Origin: Macrostomum hystrix
Lineage: Eukaryota; Animalia; Platyhelminthes
Direction of reading: 5' to 3'
DNA length: 64,000 nt
Assembly: GCA_950097015.1 (NCBI GenBank)
Contig: CATNEN010000011.1
Location: 2,604,001-2,668,000, forward strand
Shown here: positions 50,201 to 60,479 of the stretch, piece by piece
How positions within the stretch are numbered: the stretch's first letter is position 1
Layout: each line of letters begins with the position of its first letter
Made by a program: the position numbers and the translations under genes
Notes under the pieces: generated by a model
The model's database searches: none
The model's input: only the letters and a program-made list of their open reading frames with translations
Told to the model about the DNA's origin: nothing

Positions 50201-53200
50201 AATGGGTCAGGTAAAGATTGGGTCAGGTAAAGATTGGGTCAGTTAGAGATTGGGTCAGTAAGAGATTAGGTTAGTTAGAGATTGGGTCAGTTAGAGATTG
50301 GGTCAGTTAGAGAATGGGTCAGTTAGAGATTGGGTCAGTTAGAGATTGGTTCAGTTAGAGATTGGGTCAGTTAGAGAATGGGTCAGTTAAAGATTAGGTC
50401 AGGTAAAGATTAGGTCAGTTAGAGATTGGGTCAGTTAGAGATTGGGTCAGTTGGAGATTGGGTCAGTTAGAGATTGGGTCAGTTAGAGATTGGGTCAGTT
50501 AGACAATGGGTCAGGTAAAGATTAGGTGAGGTAAAGATTGGGTCAGTTAGACATTGGGTCAGTTAAAGATTAGGTCAGGTAAAGATTGGGTCAGTTAGAG
50601 AATGGGTCAGTTAAAGATTAGGTCAGTTAGAGATTGGGTCAGTTAGAGAATGGGTCAGTTAGAGATTGGGTCAGTTAGAGATTGGGTCAGTCAGAGATTG
50701 GGTCAGTCAGAGATTAGGTCAGTTAGAGATTGGGTCAGTTAGAGAATGGGTCAGGTAAAGATTGGGTCAGTTAGAGAATGGGTCAGTTAGAGATTGGGTC
50801 AGTAAGAGATTAGGTCAGTTAGAGATTGGGTCAGTTAGAGAATGGGTCAGGTAAAGATTGGGTCAGTTAGAGAATGGGTCAGTTAAAGATTAGGTCAGTT
50901 AGAGATTGGGTCAGTTAGAGAATGGGTCAGTTAGAGATTAGGTCAGGTAAATATTGGGTCAGTTAGAGATTGGGTCAGTTAGAGATTGGGTCAGTTAGAG
51001 AATGGGTCAGGTAAAGATTAGGTCAGGTAAAGAGTGGGTCAGCTAGAGATTGGGTCAGTTAAAGATTAGGTCAGGTAAAGATTGGGTCAGTTAGGGAATG
51101 GGTCAGTTAAAGATTAGGTCAGTTAGAGATTGGGTCAGTTAGAGAATGGGTCAGTTAAAGATTAGGTCAGGTAAAGATTGGGTCAGTTAGAGATTGGGTC
51201 AGTTAGAGATTGGGTCAGTTAGAGATTGGGTCAGTTAGAGATTGGGTCAGTTAGAGATTGGGTCAGTTAGAGAATGGGTCAGTTAGAGAATGGGTCAGTT
51301 AGAGATTGGGTCAGTTTAAGATTGGGTCAGTTAGAGATTGGGTCAGTTAGAGATTGGGTCAGTTAGAGATTGGGTCAGTTAGAGAATGGGTCAGGTAAAG
51401 ATTGGGTCAGTTAGAGAATGGGTCAGGTAAAGATTGGGTCAGTTAGAGAATGAGTCAGTTAGAGATTGGGTCAGTTAGAGATTGGGTCAGTTAGAGATTG
51501 GGTCAGTAAGAGATTAGGTTAGTTAGAGATTGGGTCAGTTAGAGATTGGGTCAGTTAGAGAATGGGTCAGGTAAAGATTAGGTCAGGTAAAGATTGGGTC
51601 AGTTAGAGATTGGGTCAGTTAGAGATTGGGTCAGTTAGAGATTGGGTCAGTAAGAGATTAGGTTAGTTAGAGATTGGGTCAGTTAGAGAATGGGTCAGTT
51701 AGAGATTGGGTCAGTTAGAGATTGGGTCAGTTAGAGATTGGGTCAGTTAGAGATTGGGTCAGTTAGATAATGGGTCAGTTTAAGATTAGGTCAGGTAAAG
51801 ATTGGGTCAGTAAGAGATTGGGTCAGTTAGAGAATGGGTCAGTTAAAGATTAGGTCAGGTAAAGATTGGGTCAGTAAGAGATTGGGTCAGTTAGAGATTG
51901 GGTCAGTTAGAGAATGGGTCAGTTAGAGAATGGGTCAGTTAGAGATTGGGTCAGTTAGAGATTGGGTCAGTTAGAGATTGGGTCAGTTAGAGATTGGGTT
52001 AGTTAGAGAATTGGGTCAGTTAGAGAATGGGTCAGTTATAGATTAGGTCAGTTAGAGATTGGGTCATTTAGAGATTGGGTCAGTTAGAGATTGGGTTAGT
52101 TGCTTTTTTAGGTCATTAGATTGCACCGAGTACTCACCAAGTTATGACCCGCACCATCGAGCAGCAAGTGTCGTTGATGGCAACCATCAGGTCAAACAGT
52201 TCTCGCGTCTGATTTGAGAAGCGTTTAATCACCAAACCGAAGAAAATAGAGAAACTGACGCAACCTGAAATTGGGGTTGGGTTTCGCCTTAGTGACAGGC
52301 CAATTATGAAACTGAGCACATAAGTAGAATTAAAGCTTACCCAGCAAGTTCTTCCCGTCGACATAATTATTCTGGATCTGCACTAAACCATTGGTGCCAT
52401 TACTGTATTTTACAGTAAATTTATTTTTGCGAAATGCCGCTTGAAGTAAGCCATCTGAGAAAATGTTTCTGAAATGGGGCACTTCATGCAGTGAGAATCA
52501 AATGATATTATATGTTGTTAGTTAATTTATTCTTACTCTACTCTGTATTGTGAGCATAAAGGCATTTGGATTGCTAATCTACTCCATGCAGAAGGTATCA
52601 AGGGACTTGGATTGCTAATCTACTCCATGCAGAAGGTATCAAGGGACTTGGATTGCTAATCTACTCCATGCAGAAGGTATCAAGGGACTTGGATTGCTAA
52701 TCCACTCCATGCAGAAGGTATCAAGGGATTTGGATTGCTAATCCACTCCATGCAGAAGGTATCAAGGGACTAGGATTGCTAATCCACTCCATGCAGAAGG
52801 TATCAAGGGACTTGGATTGCCATTTAATTCTAGTTGCAGCAAGAATCAAACGATGGTCCGATATGATTTAGAATACATTCTTAACAGGAAATTATATTTA
52901 GACAATTCGAAACGAACCGCATTAGGTCCAGCATAGCTGGAAGCACTTGGTTGATTATGCTTTCGTCGATCACAAGGCCGCTGTTCGCGAGTAATTTCTT
53001 TATGTAATTGTTGCCTGGCTGAATAATGACCATTAGAATGATGCCGATAAACACAGCAGCCAAGCACGAGAAGAAGAAATATAACGTTATGAAGACGCAA
53101 ATCTGGTTCATAGATTTTATGGTCGGATTAGCGAACCCTGGCGTTTTAATTTAAAGTGAAAGGTTTATGTTAGACACTTATTTGGGCACTTTTTACAGCG

Positions 53201-54269
53201 TTTTAAGGTCGCTATATTGAGCTTCTAACTCCCGGATGCTTTATAATTGGCTGCAACAACCCCTGTCCTCAGGGAGTGTCTTCTCTTACTTCCAACCCCA
53301 GCTCATTTATAATTGGCTGCAACAACCCCTGTCCTCAGGGAGTGTCTTCTCTTACCTCTAACCCTGCTCATTTATAATTGGCTGCAACAACCCCTGTCCC
53401 CAGGGAGTGTCTTCTCTTACTTCCAACCCCAGCTCATTTATAATTGGCTGCAACAACCCCTGTCCTCAGGGAGTGTCTCCTCTTACTTCCAACCCCAGCT
53501 CATTTATAATTGGCTGCAACAACCCCTGTCCTCAGGGAGTGTCTCCTCTTACCTCTAACCCTGCTCATTTATAATTGGCTGCAACAACCCCTGTCCCCAG
53601 GGAGTGTCTTCTCTTACTTCCAACCCCAGCTCATTTATAATTGGCTGCAACAACCGCTGTCCTCAGGGAGTGTCTTCTCCTACCTCTAACCCAGCTCATT
53701 TACAATTGGCTGCAAAACCCCCACTTCCCATGCAGTAGAAGTTTTCTCCCACTCCCAAACCCTTCTGTTGTTCGATTGCTTGCTCACTTACGTTCCGAGC
53801 TAAAAGTAAAAATGATCAAACAGAAAAGCACGAGCAAGCACGAACCGGACACTAGTGATGAGAAAAGCAACGGAAAAACCATCAGGTTGAGCATGTTGAT
53901 CAGCAATTCACCCGGTAAGCTGATAAGCTCGACAGTCAGTTCTCTGGGCTCCAGTCGGCTAACCGAAAGGCCAACTGGCACCGCGAGAATCATTGACAAC
54001 AGTGTGAGAGCTGGCAAAATATTTTCTGGGTCCTTCAGGGCGCTAAGGCAAGTGAAGGAAAATTTCCAATTTTGCATCGAGTTCACTTCTGTTGTACAAG
54101 TACTTTCCGAGGTCTCCGAATGGCTCCTAGAGCGGTTTTCTGGTAACTCTAGGTCCAGATAATAAATGGACGATTTTCGCTTATTATACACCTTGGCAAT
54201 TTTCTCCAGTTCCTGTGGTGTCCAGTTAGGAAGCACTTTCTCTTCTTTTATTTCTTGGAATCGTCTCAT
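35237..54269 (-). CDS. Divergent SLC1/EAAT-family (dicarboxylate/amino acid:cation symporter) transporter
   Basis: Exons: 54269-53846, 53137-52918, (unresolved ~52870-52341 region ending DGKNLLG), 52264-52138, 37264-36821 ([28 protein letters not shown]), 36682-36536 ([13 protein letters not shown]), 35643-35501 ([12 protein letters not shown]), 35274-35237. The frame across 52918-52341 could not be cleanly resolved. Confidence 0.85.
37414..41790. repeat. 16-bp satellite (TTAGAGATTGGGTCAG)n, left block
   Basis: ~4.4 kb of tandem 16/17-bp units with recurrent variants, inside the SLC1 intron 37265-52137. Confidence 0.98.
42062..42715 (+). repeat. ~98-bp tandem repeat (~6.5 copies) in the LINE 5' UTR
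   Basis: Unit starts at 42161, 42259, 42358 and so on. Each unit holds several short inverted repeats. Confidence 0.95.
42849..44336 (+). CDS. LINE ORF1 protein (DUF4780-like central domain, inferred)
   Basis: 495-aa ORF with a low-complexity N-terminus, a folded middle (RVWIP...LRRLL..HPDL...W) and a basic C-terminus; position typical of LOA/R1 ORF1. Confidence 0.8.
   Translation: MESHYSSSTSQDPAETPTPAGDADPQDQRQGDTGSTGAQNSSCSSATQENTRAAGSKSKRSPSTQARSLARLQEFRRRKQEVRLAAKSAPTTASEEGAGNSANIAEEPAPNKEADSSRRPGNPEARKSAAQASGASGSSRGGTSHSHPETPTTAGGPVAGGAGQTTRPKRTYAAMAKRQPALVIRGQETPLTTAQLDQIWRRLDSHLVKLALSGTVLHVLKTDIQDQALIVQPADNQSGQQLLEMLKSFDWGTEMGNLFIYREDERPQTHRHRVWIPARSAITNAGELRRLLLAIHPDLPANGVVVHETITRPGGDGFTAILGLSDSWMLRCPDMSYISAGLTRMQIFSFESDATRPPPPEKRKRTNQSSAGPLRPGTQTPDRHDHSEDADPIRGKAARAATTGGRGKGRKPARNTIRAGLTQRARQLSDPNSGRHRSTTRPNVSSEPPAENRVEDTDAAVAAAPASTLDPIQEEPMELGQNTGEDEESLLNNSP
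44372..48091 (+). CDS. LINE ORF2 polyprotein: APE endonuclease, reverse transcriptase, RNase H, CCHC knuckle
   Basis: APE: QLNLHH, LLQEPW, AGDINAH, SDH. RT: [26 protein letters not shown]. RNase H: FTDGS, E, SDSQAA, WIPGH..GNELAD. Knuckle: [14 protein letters not shown]. Motif A is altered (see findings). The ORF begins with GTG in this frame. Confidence 0.95.
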   Translation: MSFLQLNLHHCIAASTNLARVVDFEKPGIILLQEPWTKKGKIPNIPAGFDCFFMPQNPRAAVFATTDLKAWYRPDLSDKDLCVIQTNHILPNRTVIIASIYIPGDGPAVPPSLTSLVDYCSDRDFELLVAGDINAHHTHWGSVTSNCRGEDLLAYICTTNIEFCNSGGTPTFDNGRWTEVLDATLASQGLIPLIRNWQVWDEEESLSDHRFIRFRLLSSYSKPGILWKRNARNTDWTAFAESVKRQTNQLESVVPATCQEVDDLADLLSMTILTAHETSCPLKAYKGKKSAPWWNPALGTLRRKAKSLQRIARKSKDPADLTAYQNAIRDFKRDTRKAKSEKWRQYCSELEGARPTSRVVKALTLDKMSKLSVIKRPDGRLAENPGESLDIMLASAFPQTAPLQDPPDHTPGGHILATTIITRERTARAANSFSPFKSPGPDNIYPAFLHEAVKNDRFLGLLCNLFKACITLGYVPRSWQEATIVFIPKPGKGDYHSAKAFRPISLTSFFLKLLERLVLWRLLHVELRNSPLSANQHAFRSGRSIESALHAIVDKLERAVLGTGFALSLFLDMSKKNVDIFFDNVLFGAFRRALERRATHEHLTRWIMYMISHRTATSHLLGHSRSVNVQKGGPQGGVLSPILWNLVMDELLCSPDPDPVQKIGYADDVTATVAGPSPPVLRDLLQAFIHRAERWANGCGLKLSESKTVAIMFTSKRNWRIEPLLLYDKPIAMEKQTRCLGVILDHRLSWTPHVKFKTRKALATLAQIRRAFGATWGLTPRRLWWIYTTIVRPAISFAGFIWNSALETKGVLEALNKVQGRACRAIMSAAPSTPFAGMNAFLDLPPLDLFIKGEAMKTARRLLDAGISIRKQLAFSKRNLQPHGDLSLRDLDAAGGLKILSDGIPSTLCPPQKFKTSIPPRQEVRDHGQPREIHCFTDGSQINSISGFGYCIMSGGKTLATFSQHTGINSTVFQNEVLAISSCALELINQNVHGAEIFLHSDSQAAIHALGRTHTCSRTVLDCVAQLNRLGTHNKVSLRWIPGHSGHPGNELADSLAKAGSTGSLFGPVPAVSTPTAVVNTRINQWVTSKHKDRWINTADCRQSRAAVPCPSTALRKALLGLNRKDIRAVTMALSGHGCFARHRFLQGKIRSEECPFCLSYVEDAEHFICDCPAFTQDRLTYLGPNPDLPDVFRPENICQLVRYLRATGRATLHLLDTPEEDRAADAGTTGSPCATPQL
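48177..52101. repeat. 16-bp satellite (TTAGAGATTGGGTCAG)n, right block
   Basis: ~3.9 kb continuation of the same array. Confidence 0.98.
52566..52821. repeat. 41-bp intronic tandem repeat (~6 copies)
   Basis: TTGGATTGCTAATCTACTCCATGCAGAAGGTATCAAGGGAC units at 52566, 52607 and onward. Confidence 0.95.
53239..53720. repeat. 65/66-bp intronic tandem repeat (~7 copies)
   Basis: TTATAATTGGCTGCAACAACCCCTGTCC... units at 53241, 53307 and 53372, in SLC1 intron 1. Confidence 0.95.
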
Positions 54270-54784
54270 CTTGAAGTCTGCGTCAGATCTGGTGCAAGCA
54301 ACTTTAACAGAGCAGGTTCGCTACAGAGGAGCACGAGTACTATGGCCGTCTATACTTAGACGCGTCTCTCTCTCGCTATGCTTCTATATTACCATAGACA
54401 AGTGTCGCGGGCCTCGTTATTTCGCTATTTCGCATGTGACATCCCGTCATACACTAATTTCGTTAGAATTTCAGTTTTAGATTTCAATACAAAAATGTTT
54501 AAGTTTTGAAAGTAACACAGAAGTTTTCAGCAGTTTTCAATTGTAGCCACATGCATTGGTATTTTAAACAAAAAGGTATATTTAGTAGCAAGTTTATTCA
54601 TACGTATCAAATAAAAGCGTGTTTTTTAAGACATCACCAGCAATAGAACAAAGTTTGTGTACTTTAATTACCCCGTAGTTTTTCTACAGGTAATGACACG
54701 TAGACATACTAAAATTATCATAAGATAAGCATAAAAATCCTTTCTAATGCTTTTCTCACTCTTCCGCTTATGATTTAAGCTTAC

Positions 54785-54919
54785 AGCAGCCAATCGACAG
54801 CCAAGATGAGAGAAATGTCATTAGGTGGTAGGTCGACTGAAATCAGCACGGTTACCAAGGTGATTAGTCTAGCGCCGGGCACACTAGTGGCTCCCATGGC
54901 CAACAAGGTGACTGTAGAG
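54785..54919 (-). pseudogene. Isolated SLC1-family HP2/TM8a exon of a second paralog
   Basis: ccgcag|C TCT ACA ... TGG CTG CT|gtaagc encodes STVTLLAMGATSVPGARLITLVTVLISVDLPPNDISLILAVDWL (phase 2/2). No partner exons were found in the window. Confidence 0.75.
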
Positions 54920-55339
54920 CTGCGGGTAAACCATTTTTAGGGGCGTGGATGCAAGTGTTGTGAACGAAAATGTTGCAAGTTTGCTGCAAGGTGGCTGTGA
55001 AGCTGCGGGTAAACCATTTTTTGGGGGCGCGGATGCTAGTCTTATATACTAAAATGCCGCAAGTTGGCTATTAACTTTTCTGAATTTATCTCACAAATGC
55101 ACTTTGTTTGTTTGCTGGCCAACGGACAAGGGAACAAAATAAGCTAGCTAGAAAGCTATAGCCACAGCGAATGAAAGATCGACTCGTGGCGCACTACTCG
55201 TAAATTGTAGTCTCGGTTTTCGAAGAGATTCCAGCACCCTCTAAAGCTGTATAAAACAGAATATACCATTTTAAGCAATAAACTGATGGGAAGAAGTTGC
55301 ATTAAATAATTTTCCTCGACGGTATGTGGGAACCCTGAA

Positions 55340-55410
55340 AGGTTGAAGCACGGCGGTTAGAGCTTTTGACTTTTTACTGAGAGGCCGGGAGTTCAAATCT
55401 CAGTCAAAGA
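55340..55410 (+). other. tRNA-like SINE head/pseudo-tRNA fragment
   Basis: A-box-like GGCGGTTAGAGC and B-box-like GAGTTCAAATCTC; no full cloverleaf. Confidence 0.35.
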
Positions 55411-56430
55411 AAAATAAAGGTATCATTCTGAAGGGAAATTAAATCCCCAATGGCTTCAGTCGCAGATATTTTGTAACAGCATTAGCTAGGGTTGAATTTG
55501 GGTAGTGTGTTAATGCACTGAACGCAGCTTTAAGAAGCAGCGGCTGTGCCACTGATTTAAATTTCTCTATAGAGTTATTTAAATAAATAAATTCAAATTA
55601 ACAAAAAGTATTTATCAAGAGTTCTATTTACTCGCTATATTTTTAGTGCAGTGGTAAAAATACTTTTAAGCCCCCATCGTCAAAGCACGTGATAATTTTG
55701 CACCATTACTCGTACGCTGCAAACATCGTGTCTGCAATTATTGGGACAGAAAAGCAGAGGAAAGAAAGCACGCAGTGGGTATTATCGACCTTTTCCTGAC
55801 ACAAAAGATTGTGTGTTTCTTGTCGGACAAACGGATCCCGGATGTGGAACAATGTCTTGGTACCCTCAATTAGTCTACCTGCAATCTGCTGGGGCTGGTT
55901 GCAGAAACTGCTTTCGGTTTCGACAACTTTTACGCTCGAAAAAGTCGTGAACTTTTAAAAGAAAGGTTGATCAATGTTCAGTGGTCGTACAAATTATAGC
56001 CGTTGTGCTATTTGAAACGCTATATTGCATTGACGTCTGCTGTAGATAGCGCCTGACTCATTCACTGGGCATTTTGTACATTGAATGCATCCTAGTTTCC
56101 GTGCAGACAATGACAGACAAGGGAGCCAATACACGTCAGCTGCTGCTGCTGCTGAAACCCAAGTCATGAAAATACACACAATCCAGTGTCTGTAGAAAAC
56201 TGTTTATAGTGCAAATCGAAAGCCAACTAATACCTTGCGATAATAGAAAGGATATTGTAAATATAATATTACACCTGGCAAGAGCTAGGCCCAAGCGCAG
56301 CTAAATTGCATGGTGCTTCCAAAGTGAACAGTTGTTTAGTCCATGGACTAGTGAGGTCGCCACTCTACCCCTCTCGCACCTCTCGGATAACAAGCTTCCC
56401 CTTTTAATGTTCTCGCATGAGTATGAGGAG

Positions 56431-56750
56431 GTTGTAGCCTATAGTGGTTAAAGCGTCGGACTCGGCTTAAGGGTCAGTGGTTCGATTCCCGACTCCACTG
56501 GAACAATTTGTGTCCCTTAGCAAGACACTTAACTCTGCGTTGCTTCAGTTCACCCAGCCAGCTGTTTAATGGGTACCAGCATCAGCTGGGTTGATGGAGC
56601 GTGGGTGTGGCGTCTCCAGAGTCCATAGAACATCCGTACGCAGCCTTCAGATGCGCCGCTTAACTGCTGCGGCTGTCGGCTGCACATCTGGCCTTATTGT
56701 GGTAGGTGTAATCATTTAATCAATATTACTATTATTATTATTATTATTAT
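56431..56750 (+). mobile_element. tRNA-derived SINE with CORE-like central domain (family A, best copy)
   Basis: A-box TAGCCTATAGTGG, B-box GGTTCGATTCCC, CORE-like TGTGTCCCTTAGCAAGACACTTAACTC..TTGCTTCAGTTCACCCAGC..TAATGGGTACC and an (ATT)n tail. Confidence 0.85.
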
Positions 56751-57503
56751 TTTTATTGTGAGCTACCCTTGTAACAACAAATAGCTATGTTAGGTACAAT
56801 CTAGTGTATTGACAATTAAATGTACAGTTTTGATATTACGGTCTTGATTATTTTATCCTTTAACCTATCATACACGTAAAATTAGCATCGGCCTATTAAA
56901 ATCTTCTACCTGCATCCAGTAGGTAAATTGCCCAAAGAGAACGGCTGCGGGTTCAAGTCTCTGGGTGAGGATAAAAAACGATTTGCCTGCCTGCATGGCC
57001 AGGTGGGTTGAAGGTCAGCTGCTGCCGCAGCCTCTGGGATTTTGACTGAACGGAAAATGAAAGATGACTCATCAAACTAAAATACCTGCGCATTGTATCT
57101 GATGGAGTGGCATAGGCTATATACTCGATATAGTACCACGCAATTTGATGGGATCCGTACAGTGGTAGAACCATCCCTAAAACTTCCAGACTTAAACGAT
57201 TCCCAATTTGTTACATTCATTCCCCAAGTTGGATTGGCCCATAGACCAGACAAATTTATTTATCTGACCGTTGAAATTTATCTGACCGGGACGGATAAAT
57301 ATTTAATCTTGCTTCAACTGTGGAATAAATGTATAATATTTCCCACTTATTTTGTTGTCTAGGGGCAATGGCTCGAGGTGTCTCGTTTATGATCAAGACA
57401 CTGAGTGCCTTTGCCCATAGACAACAAAATAAGTTGGAAATATGGTATGTATTCCCGTAATTGCAACGGGCAAACTAGCAAAAAGTCAAGGGGAACTAAA
57501 GTA

Positions 57504-59219
57504 TACATTTCGCAAAAAAGCCAATTGATTTCCCCATTAGCTGAAGTCGAAAGCGAGGGCCCAACCAGCCTTCTCGACCATAGATAAGTCCAAATGAATT
57601 CCCTTAAGTCCAATTGATTTCCCTCAATTCAATGTGTTTTAAGCATACTCTCCGGGGAAATCGATTGGAGTTGTTTCATTCTGTTGTCTGTGGTCGAAAT
57701 CGAGGATTCATAGTTAGTCTTTGCCTACAGCGCAAATCTGGCATGTACAAGAGAACAGAGGTCATCAACCTATGTAACAAATGAAACAAAGTAACAAAGA
57801 ATGAACAAATAAGTCCACGTTTCGGGTCATGCGGGTCATGAAAATTATGAAGTTAGCTTTACCGTACTTGGCGTACGTCACTGGAAGATATTGGCATATT
57901 CGAGGCACCGCTGATAGTACACCATGACATGGTGACACCATTGGTGACACTTGTCCAGATTCAGCACGTCGATGCATCCCAACACTTCCTGTTGCAGCAG
58001 AGTCATCCGTCTCCTGTGAAGGGTAACATCTTGCTGTGCTGCCGCGGCGCGGTCTCCCATCTGCTGCTGAATGTCAGGCTGCGCGAGGTGCTGCTTCACT
58101 GCTGCTTTCAGACAACTGCCAGCGGCCTCAGCTGCATTCAGGAAAAGCGAGTACGGTAGAAGATGTCGTACTTGATGGTCATCTCGCAACCCTGGGACAT
58201 TCGCATGCGCTCGGGCATTATCGCAAAGGAGAACAAATGCGCTGTCCACCAGTTGGTCTATTTCCTTCAGCATTCCCTGAAACTGTGCATTTGTGAATCC
58301 ACCTTCGGCAAGCTGGTAATGGACCAGCCCAAGGTCTGGCGAAATGGCGAGGCACAGGGTCAAATTCTGCCCCCTCTGGCCAGCAACAATGTGCACGGCG
58401 GGCTCGCCCATCCTTGCCCAGCCTTGCGTTCTGGCGGTCCATACATTGAAGCCAAACTCATCCAGAAAGATGCAGTGCTGTCCGTTGCCTTCGTTTAGCA
58501 TCCAACTGGCATGCTGGAAGCGAGCTTCTTTGGTGATGTTCGAATTCCAATCGTCCGTGACAGTACGAAGCTTTTTTAACGTAATTAGCTGCTTGTCCAG
58601 TGCACGACTGATAGTCTTCAGGCCAATGGTCTCCAATGCAAGCCACCGCACTGAAAGACCACCGCGCATCATTTGCAGAGTGCAGGTGGGATTTTGTTCA
58701 ACTATTGTTATCAGGTGCTCCGTCATTTCCTCATTCAGATGTTTCTATCGATTGCCACCCTTGGCCAGACTATGATCTCTTCCGTCTCTTTCAAATACCT
58801 CAATGATGGACCTGGCGGTTCTTGGTTTAATCTGCAATTGTCTCGCCAGGAGCCTCCAGTCTTCACCTCGGACATACGATTGAGCGATTCTCTGTCGGTC
58901 CTTCTCCGATACTGTAGTGTAGTGCCAGCGCAGCATAGTGGTTGATGACCTCTGTTCTCTTGTACATGCCAGATTTGCGCTGTAGGCAAAGGCTAACTAT
59001 GAATCCTCGATTTCGACCACAGACAACAGAATGAAACAACTCCAATCGATTTCCCCGGAGAGTATGCTTAAAACACATTGAATTGAGGGAAATCAATTGG
59101 ACTTAAGGGAATTCATTTGGACTTATCTATGTTCGAGAAGGCTGGTTGGGCCCTCGCTTTCGACTTCAGCTAATGGGGAAATCAATTGGCTTTTTTGCGA
59201 AATCGATTGACAAAAGGTA
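57504..59219 (-). mobile_element. IS630-Tc1-mariner superfamily transposon with ~270-bp TIRs and TA TSD; transposase has one in-frame stop
   Basis: TIRs ~57504-57774 and ~58934-59219 (13-bp deletion near the left tip), with TA at 57502-57503 and 59220-59221. Transposase 58936-57878 has an HTH N-terminus, IFLDEFGFN, LCDNARAH and LLPYSLFLNAAE, with TAG at 58745-58747. Confidence 0.92.
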
Positions 59220-59407
59220 TATTAAAGAACTAGAAACTAACTCGTTTTTGTTAGTCTATGGTTGTTGTCTCGAATTTATCAGCCTGCGGGGCAGCGGGAA
59301 ATAAATGATTTATTCACGTAGGTAAATAAATGAAAACATGCGTCACATGACACTCGCGCGGGGGAAAAAGGGGATACATACGTTATCTGCACCCACTTAT
59401 TTGAATT

Positions 59408-59439
59408 ATCTATGGCCGAAAACGTCTTCGGCCATAGAT
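59408..59439. repeat. 13-bp-arm hairpin (ATCTATGGCCGAA-6nt-TTCGGCCATAGAT)
   Basis: Perfect inverted repeat; TCTATGGCCGAA also occurs at ~26033. Confidence 0.6.
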
Positions 59440-60479
59440 TAGTCAAACCAGTGGTTAATAACTTATACTTACATTGCTGTTCAAATTCATGCTAAATAAT
59501 TAATATGCGTGCAACTTTTTTTAATTAGTTTGAGCTTTGTACTTTTAATATCTTCATAATATATTTCATAATAGAACATTATGAAATATTAATAACAGTG
59601 CAAAAATAACAGTAATCGTATATATTGAATTACTTGACCACAAGTTTAACTGGCGCTTCATTAATAATGTTTTCCATTAAAAACATCGTTTACTTTGCCG
59701 CTGAATATGCAGGAAGCATTAACCTGCATTATCTACCTATCAGCGAATGGTTAATAGTCACGCTATTTCCGATGGCTCCAAAACCCGATGTTCGTGTATT
59801 TCCACCATAGGGAATTACAATTTCCGCTTTTTACAAAGCACCAACTTTCAAAGCCATCCGACGTCAGCATCGTCGAGACTTTCAGCGGTTTTTGTCGAAG
59901 ATCCTGGTGACAAGGACAACTAACATTGCTCTGTGTCAACCTCCTATGCCGAATCCTATTCGACAAGGCCTTTCAATGTTGGATTTTTTATCTGACGACA
60001 AACAGCTGCTTCGCAGCGGAAATGCTAGTGGCGAGCGAAAATTGGATTGCATAAAAAATGCATAGTCAAAACAAACAAAAGCGCAATTGCATTTCTTCTT
60101 TAAAGAAGCAAAATTATGAACTGTTATTTAATAAATACGCATTTTTACATTTCTGTCAGTTCCATTGAGACAATTGGAACTGTGCGAAATTCACCGAAAT
60201 TCTTTTATTGAGCGCCACTGGTCTCTTTCTTAGAAACGAACCGTCCGCTTCAAAAGTTTTTTAAACCGATGTCTTTATATTTCTGCGCAGTTGAAATTAT
60301 TTTTTTCTATGTTCGCAACATTTCAAATAAATTTTCGCAGCAAATAAAAATGCTTCAAATGTTTCATAGGTCAGATCAGATCATCTGAACTGTTCCTGAT
60401 TCACCGATTAAACTAGTGCAACTTTTTACAGTCTTGTTAATGTTTATATATTTATTCTCAGTCCGTTCTTAAACCTCCT

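Noticed and set aside
37414-52101. Satellite as true telomere (TTAGGG/TTAGG)
   Set aside because: The unit is 16 bp without a perfect telomeric hexamer, and it is flanked on both sides by exons of one gene.
55741-57613. Short ORFs as further SLC1 or other exons
   Set aside because: No SLC1 motifs (e.g. NMDG, SSS) or consistent splice-phase chain were found; the 57359-57613 ORF overlaps the Tc1 TIR.
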